A stretch of 63,715 nucleotides of DNA, counting the filler, from Kipferlia bialata (taxonomy: Eukaryota), in assembly GCA_003568945.1 (NCBI GenBank). It is 7 parts of 7 records of this genome, joined end to end, with 100 filler letters (N's around TTAATTAATTAA, not from the genome) between each part and the next. Parts side by side here need not be neighbours in the genome. Positions count along the whole stretch, not along the records: positions 33,306 to 44,301 come from BDIP01001317.1; positions 44,402 to 55,391 come from BDIP01001318.1; 5 more parts are not named here. One strand, 5' to 3'. Made by a program: the position numbers and the translations under genes. Of this stretch, positions 41,661 through 52,800 are shown piece after piece. The number at the start of each line of letters is the position of its first letter. Position 1 is the stretch's first letter. The notes under the pieces were generated by a model. It had not been told where the DNA came from and searched no databases. It saw only the letters and a list, made by a program, of their open reading frames with translations.

Positions 41661-42369
41661 AGGAGAGCACACGGACCACATGTGGAGTGGGGGACAGGGA
41701 GAGAGTGACTACCGAGAAGGTGGACAGGTATGAGCACAGGTTGGAGAATGGCTGGATGCCGAATACCCCATTGGCCCAGTCCTAAGGTTAACACACAGCA
41801 CATAAACAGTGACACACGTATGTTACGGTATGTGGGAAGGGTATGAGGGGGAGAAGGGGGTTCACAGGGAGTAACAGCTTCAGTAATGTGACAGTCATAT
41901 TGTATCACTCGAAATTACTCATCCACACCTGGACACCAGGGAGTATTACACCCGTCTGCTCCATTCAGATGTGACCTCTACACTCAAAGAACGGCTTGAG
42001 GAGCGCAAGTCTACACTGGGATATTACAGACTCCTCTTGTGGGGGATATTAGTACTGAGTCTATAGTAAGGTGGGTGAGACCCACACCGTTCAAGTTTTT
42101 GCCAAAAGGGTTTCATCACGACAATGGCCACTGACTGTCACAGACGGTGACACACAGTGTTGGGTGTGTATGCGACCCAATGAGTACCGGAAACTCATTT
42201 GAAAACTATTACTCGGAACTTTGATAATCACTGACCACTACACACACACACGTTAATCTATGTAAGGACTAATAACTGGGACTAAGCTAGGTAGAGATGG
42301 TATCAGACCACCTCAGGACAACAAAGGTATGGATCAGACAAAGACACAAGCACACACTCCACCTCCCCC

Positions 42370-44232
42370 TCAGTCCTCAGGCAGCTCTGGACTGGCCTCT
42401 GTATCATGAGAGTCCTCGTCCTCGGGGTTGTGCCTTCTGACCAGAGATGCCATGTGGCTGTCCAGGGCTATGCGGCCATCAGACCCGTTCCTCTGCATGC
42501 CGGGTAGACGGTCTCTGTTGATGGACCCCGATACACCAAGCAGAGAGGGCCGGCGCTTCCTCTGCCTCTGCTGCTGTGTCATCATGGCCACGTCTCCATT
42601 GCCTATGCGTGCATTGACACTCGCCTCAGGGGTGGGGGACTGGCTGGGGTCTGAGGGGGCCTTGGCGGCAGGGGTAGATGTACCATCTACAGCGGGTGTC
42701 GCTGTATCGTCGTGGGACCTGGCCAGCTTGCCAATCTGCTTCATGACCTGCCGTCTCTGGTGTTCCACCTCCCGTCTCTTCTCCACACTGCTGGAGTGGT
42801 AGAGCATGATCCTGTCCCCCACTGCCCCGTTGTCACGCACAGGGACTAGCTCTCTGTCCCTCATCAGATCCCGCACCTTAAGGGCCTCGACAGGGCGTAG
42901 GGTGGCACGGAGAGAGGACGGGCTGGCGTGGGTGGAGGCCCTCTGCCTCTGCTCCTCCTCCCTCTCCCTCTCCCTCTCTCCCTCTCTCTCCCTCTCCTGG
43001 TTGCCGAACCCTGCCATCGATGACGCTGCCTGTGGCCTACTGGTCTCAGATGATGCTCTAGCAGACACACTGGCAGACAGGGGGAGGGGCCTCTGCCTAT
43101 CCCTCCCTCCCTGGTTGCCAATGGGCATGGGCAGGTCTCTCTCTCTCTCCCTCCCTCTCTCCTCTCCCTCAAGGGTAAGGTCTACCACCCCAGGCGCAGG
43201 GGAGACAGAGGATCCACCCTCCCCGGCAGGTCTCTTGGCCAAGGGGGGGTTGGGCGTGGAGGGGCGGGGGGTGAGGGACGGGTTGTCACGGATCGTGTTG
43301 ACATGCTCAGACGCTGGTGGCACCTGGTCTGCCTTCTCCCGTCTCTTGTGCTCCTCCTCCAGCCACCTAGTCTCTGCCTGGGCCAGTGCCCTAGCCTGTC
43401 TGTCCTGCAGACGCCTCACCCTAATGTCAATCTCCCTGTAGATCAGGTTGTGCTGGGGCACACTCTTCCGCCCCAGGATGGTGGCCTCTATACCCAGTTG
43501 GGTGGCCATGGCAGACAGGAAGCGGACCTGGGGTGAGGGGTGGGGGGGGGATTCATAACTCATACTCTCATCACTATAGGAAATATGTGGAACACCACAC
43601 ACACACACCTGGCTTCCGAACCCGTTGCTGAAGCAGTCCACCACTATGCTGGCCCTAGAAGGGGCCAGTTCGGAGGCCCTCTCCAGGTATCTGACGCGTC
43701 TGATCTGGATAGAGGACCTGACGGCCAGAGAGACAATCTGCTGCAGCTGGCCTGGGGTGTTGTTGAGCTTGAGCTGAATGCTGAACCCACTCCCTAGGGC
43801 CCTGGCCCCGTACTTGAGGCACTTGAGCAGGGCCTGGATCTCGATGTTGCCACCAGTTACCACCACGGCAACCTTCTCATCAGGCCTCACCCTGGGGTGA
43901 GGGAGTGATTAACAATAGGAGTATATGAATACGAATATGTATTCACTGTGAAAGTATACCCACCTGACCAGTCTAAACAGGACAGCAGCCAGTGTCAGAG
44001 CACCACTGCCCTCCACAAGGGTCCTGAGGTAAGAGGGATCAGATACACTGAATAGTAGAATAACATGGCTTTCCGAAACCCCCATACATATACACACAGC
44101 ACACCCACCTTGTGGCTACTAGGGCATGTGCTGCCGTGGCTGCAATGAGCTCCTCCGGTACTGATATGTACTCATCGACTAGGGAGTCTAGCACCCAGGC
44201 CAGAGAGGAGCTGGGTCTCTTGCAGTCACAAC
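42370..44232 (-). CDS. Threonine/serine dehydratase (PLP fold II) C-terminal half, ACT-like domain and long disordered extension
   Basis: LVDEYISVPEELIAA..., RTLVEGSGALTLAA, KVAVVVTGGNIE, then ACT-like IQLKLNNTPGQLQQIV. About 350 aa of low-complexity tail follows to the stop at 42370. Confidence 0.85.
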
Positions 44233-44301
44233 TGGGGTCAGGGGGGGGGGGGGGGGAGAAGGGGGGGGATAGTTCAAGAGATTGAATAGACTTATACAAC
44301 A

Positions 44302-44401
44302 NNNNNNNNNNNNNNNNNNNNNNNNNNNNNNNNNNNNNNNNNNNNTTAATTAATTAANNNNNNNNNNNNNNNNNNNNNNNNNNNNNNNNNNNNNNNNNNN
44401 N
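44302..44401. other. Artificial contig spacer
   Basis: N44-TTAATTAATTAA-N44. Confidence 0.97.
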
Positions 44402-44476
44402 CAGGTCATGGCCTCAGCATCGGCATGGGTGACCCAGGCTGAAATCAGATACATTTGTATATATATATATATATAT

Positions 44477-44507
<31 letters not shown>

Positions 44508-44568
44508 CCATGGCCTCAGCATCGGCATGGGTGATCCAGGCTGGGATGAGGGGTATATATATATACGT

Positions 44569-44601
<33 letters not shown>

Positions 44602-44908
44602 CAGGTCATGGCCTCGGCGTCGGCATGGGTGATCCAGGCTGGGATGAGGGGTATATACATATATACATATATATACATACATATATACATATATATACAT
44701 ATATTTACAGACATATATTTACATACACACTAGTTACTGGCAGCTGTGACCCATCTCTGGCTGTCTGTCCCATGGCAGCAGAGGATATATATATATATAT
44801 ATACTACCTCATATACTATCATATATACTATCTATACATATAATAGTAAGTGTATATACCCGGTAGCTGTGACCCATCTCTGGCTGTCTGTCCCATGGCA
44901 GCAGAGGT

Positions 44909-44941
<33 letters not shown>

Positions 44942-45092
44942 CATGTATGTATACTCTATATATACTAGTAATATATACACTACCCATACCTGGCAGTTGT
45001 GACCCATCTCTGGCTGTCTGTCCCATGGCAGCAGGGGGAGGGATGATGGCAGGGAACAGGGCATCCTGACCCCTAATATAAGGATATATATG

Positions 45093-45127
<35 letters not shown>

Positions 45128-45183
45128 GGAGAGAGAGATGATGATGATGGCAGGGAACAGGGCATCCTGACCCCTAATATCAG

Positions 45184-45234
<51 letters not shown>

Positions 45235-45757
45235 TGATGCACTCATACCTCTGGTCCTGTTCCCCCTGCTTCTTCTTCTTCTTCTCCCTCCCGTTGTTGT
45301 GCATGCCGTGTCGGCCTGGAGTCAGAGTTAGTATATACATATACATATTAACATATATATATACTAAGTGTGTCTAGAGATGAGAGATATAGAATGGTAT
45401 ATATAGTCCTCTCTCCCGTTGTTGTGCATGCCGTGTCTGCCTAGAGATGAGATTGACACGATAGACACCTCATACAGTATATATCTACTGTATATTAAGT
45501 ATTAGTATATATACATATAATAAGTACTATTCTTCTCTCTCCCGTTGTTGTGCATGCCGTGTCTGCCTGGAGTCAAGGTAAGAGAGATGAGACAGACACA
45601 TATAGTATATATACCTATTATACATACCAGTGTCAGGGAATTAGTCCTCTATCTCCCTCCACCTCATCATTAGTACATATGAATCTCTCTCTCTCTCTTC
45701 GGACTATACCCACACTCACCTTCATCATCGATCGAGTCCCTCGAGCTCTCCCCCACC

Positions 45758-45790
<33 letters not shown>

Positions 45791-47078
45791 ACAAACCCTT
45801 TGTATATATACAACACACCTGCATCATCGATTGAGTCCCCCGAGCTCTCCTCTGCCATCTCCCTGTTCCACATATCCTTCTCCTCCGCAGTCTGGCCCTG
45901 CTCCTGCTCCCCCTCCTCGTCTAGGTCATACTCCACACTCTGATAGTTAGATATATCGTGTAGAGAGAATTGTCTAGATGGTCTAGATGCTCTAGAAAAC
46001 ATACCTCCTTGGAGATGCCACTTCCAGAGCACAGGTTAGACTTGTGGCCCTCTCCCTCTGGCCTGTTCCTCTTCATGGCCTCAAAGTGACTCAGCACAGA
46101 GGCCAGCTGGTCCTCAATCTGGCGTGGGTTCGATTCTCGTCACTGATATATATTGCAGTATATATATACTTGTTATTGCAGTGGGATATACCTCAGTAGG
46201 CTTCTTCTTGTACACCGCTAGGAGCTCCTTGGCTAGGGCAAGGACCTGGGTGAGGGATAGGGGGAGATTGAGAGAGAGAGAGAGAGTGGGAAGTATCACC
46301 CATATTAGAGTGATATAACCAACTTGCAATATAACATAATTACATGTTGAGAGATATTACACACCTTCCCCACTGATGCCCTGATTGTCCTCTGCTCTGG
46401 GGTGTCACCTGTCTCCTAGGGGGTGAGATGCATGCATACATTCACATATATATACATACATATAGATGGGTCCTATCCTGCTATATAAACACACAGTCAT
46501 ATAGATATATATACTTAGCTACCTTGACATTGGACCTATGCAGCTGGGTCAGACACCTGTTACAATATATAGATATACATATACATAGATAGATATACAC
46601 TACACTATACACATATCTACCTTGACGTTTGACCTGTGCAGCTGGGTCAGACACCTGTTACAGGCATAGCATCCCCTGGAGTCAGAACAACTCTATCAAT
46701 AATATACCACAGAGTATCCTTTCATTATGCATACCTAGCCGAGTCGTATAGGGTGATGCTCTCACTCTGGGGGAACACCCTCTGACAGCCAGGACAGGTC
46801 CAGCCGGCATCCTGGCGTGAATACTAGAATTATTATGTGCTAGTAGAGACACTAACAGAGACAAACATATCAAGATGTCAATGGAAGAATAGGGCAGGTC
46901 CAGACGGCATCCTGGGGTCATAAAAGTACATAGTATATATACGGGTAAAGAATTAATATAGAATATCCCAGGGTCATTGTAATATACTGAAACCAATCAA
47001 CAATAAGGAGGATTGGGGCATGAGGCGAGGATGTAGCGTGGAGAGGACCCATACCTTCTGGCCCTCCTCCTTCATGAT

Positions 47079-47116
<38 letters not shown>

Positions 47117-47951
47117 TATGCATACTAGAGTGACTGGATATCGACATTGCCCCAGTGTAGCATAACTGTATTCCCTACCTTCTGTCCCTCCTCCTTCATG
47201 ATGATCTCCATACGCTTCACAACGACAAAGAGGAACCCTGAAATGAGAGAGAAAATGATGGTATACTATCAACAGATATTATGCCACTGTAGCAAAGAGC
47301 AGCAGATACGTACTGCCAATGTTTGTCTCATCCAGCACAAACTCCAGGACAGGGTGGCCCTTCTCATCCCTGACGTCAGAGGGAGGGAGAGAGAGATAAA
47401 GGGGGGAGGGAGAGAGAGACTCACTGAGAGAGTCACACTGCAGAGAGGTGATATACACATACACTCACCTGGACTGCTTAGTGACCAAGTGGTGTGAGAA
47501 GAACAGAGCCAGCGCAGACTCAGCCTGAGGGTTGGAAGAGAGAGAGAGATAGAGAGAGCCAGTACAGACTCGGCCTGAGGGTAGGAAGAGAAAGAATCAT
47601 GGAGTGTGTGTGAGGCAATGTAATAATTCGGGGGAGAGAGAGACAGATAGAGAGAGAGGAAGAGACCGGTACCTGGTTCTGACTGAGTCTGCTGTGACTG
47701 GAGATCTTGTCAGGGGTGGCCCTGGGATTAGTATATACATAGAGAGAGGGGGGGAAAGTAGAGACAGACACATTGAAGGTTGCTGATGGGGTGGGTCAGG
47801 GAAGAGAGAGTGGTCTCTCTACACACTACACAGTCCCTTACATACATCAGACAACACGCAATCACCTCCCGTGGTTTAGCAGAGCCAGCAGGATCTCGTA
47901 CTGAGTCCTGTTGTAGAAGATGTAGCCGATGTACCGGACCAGCAGCTCAAT
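44402..47951 (-). CDS. TFA1: Transcription initiation factor TFIIE alpha subunit (both ends truncated)
   Basis: Winged-helix start IELLVRYIGYIFYNRTQYEILLALLNHG (compare LAKYVIRGFY..EHALALDIL), FLFVVVKRMEIIMKEE, C4 zinc ribbon WTCPGCQRVF...LYDSARGCYACNRC, IEDQLASVLSHFEAMK, and SQLPAWVT (compare the LPxW motif), all in TFIIE-alpha order. Confidence 0.72.
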
Positions 47952-48099
47952 CTGGGGTGGGTATGTATCATCATAGAACAGGCAAAATAATAGGGTACCA
48001 ATAAGGAAGGGGGGGGGGGGGGGGGGGGGGGGAAAAAAAAAAAAATAAACCCCCCCCCCCCCTTCCCCCCCCCCCCCCCCCCCACCCCCCAACCCCCAG

Positions 48100-49763
48100 A
48101 TCTCCACTGATGCCTCTGCCCCTGCTAGGGACAAGGACACCTGGGACGGACTGGTGGCAGGGTGTGCGGCAGTCCCAGGGGTCACGCTGCAGGGTGCGTG
48201 TTGGTGTGGTGATCTCTCTGGTTGTTTGTATTCCATGCCTTGCTCCTCTCACCTCAGGTGTCCTGGCTGTGTGTGCTGTTGTGCTCCACCTAGGCAACGT
48301 CAGGTACAGTGGTGTGGTAGTATCCTAGTATTATTAACATCCCCCCCCCCCCTCCCACCCTAGGTTCAAGCAGAAGAGAGGACGTGTGGACCTGGTCACC
48401 TCCAAGAAGGACCCCACCATCCTGCACCTGACCAACCTGCTGAGGTGTGACACAGGCTCTCTGGCCACCCTTCTGACTAGGCAGCAGGGACCCCTCCCCC
48501 CAGACGTGACCTCGGCCCCCCACCTCACTCTGATGCAGGCAGAGGTCCACAGGGCAGGTGCGGCAGATACACTCACTCTCTTGATGTATATATAGACTAT
48601 ACTCACGCCAGGTGTGTGTGCCGCTCTCTTCCATGGCCTGGCCTCCGAAGTCATTGTGGGTCTCAACGATGCACAGCCCCTCCTGTCCCCACTGGTGCAG
48701 GGCAGGCCACAGACACCCCCAGTCGGCATCACCCTGCTGCTGTTGCCGTCCCCCCCTGTGTCGCCTGCACCCCTATCCGCTGCACTACTGAGAGATGCGG
48801 CACACAGACTAGCAGCCAGGTGGGTACAATATATATGTATCCGCTTACTCACCTGCCCACTCTCTTCTGACCCTAGGGACACTGAGAGGGGAGGCAGTGC
48901 CTCTGTAAGGGCCCTTCTAAGACAGGAGGGGGTGAGGGGGTTTGAGATACCCCCCACCCAGGAGGAAGTCCCCCCCCTCTGCCACCTGTGGGGAGGGGTG
49001 GCCAGCATACTCTCAGACATAGGTGCGCGCGTTAACAAGGGTGTACAGAGTGGTACCATTGTAACTGGGTATCTTTTCCACATGACATCTAACCCTTAGG
49101 CCACAGCGTGTCCTCGGGCAGTACCTCTGACGCTGGGGTGCCTGCATCCCTAGCCAGGGCACTCGACAGCCTAGAGACCAGGTGGGGGTGGTATACGAGA
49201 TCCTGAGTCCTAGAAGACAATACATCTACAGTCTCCTCTTCTCTCTCTGACCCCCAGGTACTCGTCCCTCCTAGGCCCCATCGATGCGTGTATAGAGGGA
49301 GGGTGTGTGGATAGGGCAGGGGACGATGCCGCAGGGGAGTCCCACATGCGCATGGTGGTGTCATTTGACAGGGAGGAGGCCCCTGCCACCAAGAGGCGCA
49401 GCAGTGACGCCGCCCCCATCACGTCCAACCCCCTTGCCGCGCTGAGCCAGCCCAAGGTGATGCCGCCCCTGCCACCTGTGCCTGTCAAGGAGGGCACGTA
49501 CACCAAGGCGAAGGAGACAGACAGGGAGGGGGAGGTGGATACTGCCCTGGTCCTGGGCCCTGATACTGTCACCCTCCCAGGCCTCGACATGACCACCCCA
49601 GTGCCCCCCCTCGCCCTCAAGCTAGTCAACCTCTGCAGGGGGGAGACAATGTGGGGGGCGGGGCGGGACTCCCCCGTGACAGCCTCTCTGGCCACTCTAT
49701 ACAGACTGCTATCTGGTAGGGGTCTAGAGGGGGACTCAGACGTGTCCAGCCCAGCCAGCCCAG

Positions 49764-49803
<40 letters not shown>

Positions 49804-52800
49804 GTATATAGATCTACCTAGACTCTCCCTTCCGTTCCAATGCTATATCGACTCACTACGTGTGTCTTGACTGACCCCTAGGATGCGTGGCCGGCGTCAC
49901 AGCTGATCTCTCTGTCATCAGAAGGGTGACTGAGGGACATGCAGTAAGAGGGCACCTGCCCTTGGGCATGCAGGGGTTCGGTCAGGTACTTGGGATGTGT
50001 GTTATCTATTTGAGTGCTACCTGTGCGTATCGTACATCATCTTATCTTCCTGACCCCTAGGAGATGTCGGATCCTGAGTCCTCCGACTCCCCTCTCTTCA
50101 CAGCTCGTGCCCTCTCCGATATGGACGCGCTCTCCCTGGACACACTCTGTCAGGTATCAGCTGTCACTCGTGTCTGTAGACTGTGCATATTCTATTAAGT
50201 GCCCCCCCCCCCCCACTCCCCTCACCCCTTAGGGCCAGGCCCCCTGGGGTGTGTGCCGCATACCGGATGTATTAGCCATCCCCCACTCGCAGCAGGAGAG
50301 GGATGCCACGAGGAGGGAGACTGACTGTGTGCTGTGTGTGTCTGCCGGTGCCACCTCTGCACCCCCTGTGCACGCCATGCCCCACCCTCTCTTCCTCTCC
50401 CAGTACAGTCTGCTGTTACAGAGGCTGCAGCGGCTGGTGCGGGATGGGTCTGTCAAGCTGCACCCCTCTAGGGCACCCGGTGCACTGAGTGCGGCTGTGA
50501 CCAAGGCCCTGGCCACCGACCCCGTCACACCCACCTCGGGTGTGGTGTCTGCCGTGCTGGGGCACCTCCCGGACATAGCCATAGTCACAGGCACAGTGGC
50601 CGTGGGGTCCACCCTCTGCTTCGTCACACCCAGTGGCACAGGGCATCTCGACAGGTATGAAGTGCAGATATATATATATATATACTCCTCTCTCCTCCAT
50701 ATCCCAATGTGTGTCTCTCCCAGCGTGATACCCACCGCAGGGCCGTGTCTCTGGAGGTGACCAGAAGGGTGTCCATCATCCAGGCCCACTTCAGAGGGAG
50801 GAAGGACCGAGTGGAAGTGGACAGACAGGTGGGTGTGGTACACGGAATACATAGGATATTCCATTCACCCCTCCCCCCCCCTCCATCTCCCTCCCACCCC
50901 CAGGTTGTCAATATCATCAAGGTACAGGGTATGGTCAGACGCTTCCTGGCCAACCTCAAGGTGTGTACACATACGTGTTTAGTGACCTCAGCTCTTCTGT
51001 CTCCTCTCCCCACTGACACTGATACTTGACACTGACGCTGACCCCCAGGCCAATAAGGAGAGGGCCGTCAAGGAGAGAGAGAGGCGCCGGATAGCTGCGC
51101 TGGCCCAGTGGGGTAGGGGGGTCACGGTCAGGAACACCCAGGTACCATGGTAGATATGATGGGATACGTCTTACACAGACACTCACCGCTCAGCTAGCCA
51201 GACGCACCTTCCTAGCCATGCGCGATGCCCTGGTCTGTGCCAGCAGGGCAGACCAGCAGTACAGACAGCACCTCATGGCCACCACGGCTAGGGAGTGCTT
51301 CGCGGCATGGCAGGTTAGTGCACATATGTATATACTGTCCCTACATTGTGTGTGACCCCATGTTATACTATATATTATATTTTATTATTCCCCACCCACC
51401 CCAGGCTGTGTCAGAGAGACATGCCAGGGGAAGGGCCCAGGGGAGGCGCCTCTCGCACCGGCTGGTGTACAGGGTGCTGTCTGTGTGGCGCAACGAGGCC
51501 TCTGCCCTGTGTGCTGCCAAGGCCTGTGCCGCCATGGGTGTGTGTGACGAGGAGGGGCATGTCTGCAGAGAGCAGTGGGGCAGAGAGGTGATGCTGCCCC
51601 TGTACCTAGCCGTGGCTGCTGAGTCTGCTCTGGCCAGTGAGACCAAGAGGGATGCAGTCACCCTGGGCTACATGGGGGAGAGGCAGGCCATGCGCAGAGA
51701 GGACCCCAGGCGGCAAGGGCTGGTGGTGGGGGCTGATCATGAGCAGACATCGCTGACAGGGGTTGTGGGTGTTGGTGCTCCACTAGGATACAGGTCACCG
51801 TCCCTCTCTGCATCTGCCTCTATGGTCGGATGTGTGGGTGTGGGAGAGGGAGAGGTGCAGACCCCCAAGCCCAGACGCATACCACGCAGAGACCCATCTG
51901 CTGTCAACCCCAAGTCTACCATCAAGGTACACCCTGTATTCATGTAGTAACACACTGTGTATGCGTATTGTCTCCATTTATTCCCCCTCACCCCCAGACG
52001 TCCCTTGCCAGACAGACCCTGGATAGACAGGCCACGGCCATGAGGCTGGGGGAGACACGGGTGCCCTTGTCAGAGGAGGGGGAGGGTACCACTGAGGCAC
52101 GTGCATGTGCATACCCTACCCAGGACACCCCGACCCCCCTGCACCGGAGGGTGACCAAGCTGCAGCAGAGGTGTGACGCCAATAGGAAGGCGGGTAGGCA
52201 GCTCGGAAGGTTCGAGGCCCAGGTGAACGGGGCTGTGTATGGGGGATCAGGCCCAATCGCATCGACAGAGGGAGAGAGAGAGGGCGGCGTCGAGGAGCAG
52301 CAGGAGAGAGAGAGAGAGCTTGCAGAGCAGTGGGCGGAGGGGCGCCATCTGTTTGTAGCGTCTGGGAGTGCATCCCCTGAGGCGGAGAGAGAGAAGGGTG
52401 AGTATGAGAGAGGGCCCAGCGTAGAGTCCTCTCTCTACTCCCTAACCGCACCCCTAGACAGTGAGGGTACCTGTATGGATACCTATCAGAGTGGAGTTGA
52501 GGCTGCTGGGGTGGAGGCAGATGCGGAAGAGATTGGTGCTGAGTCGGCTGAGGTTCCTCCCGATGGTATCCCTGCTGTCGCAGATATGGCTGTGGATATG
52601 CCCGAGCACCCGGAGACTGACGCTGATACAGACATACATGTTGAGGAGGGGGTCCTTGGGTCCAGTGAAGAGACGGCCCATGTTGGCGGGTCAGTCTCTG
52701 CTGTACAGACAGACACCCCTGAGACACATGCCCTGGATATGAATATGGATGTGGATAGGGGTATGGATATGGATATGGGTATGGGTATGGGTTCACAGAC

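Noticed and set aside
42428..43441. Antisense ORFs of 124 and 211 aa, and similar ones opposite the myosin
   Set aside because: Shadow ORFs of GC-rich, low-complexity coding sequence with no independent motif.
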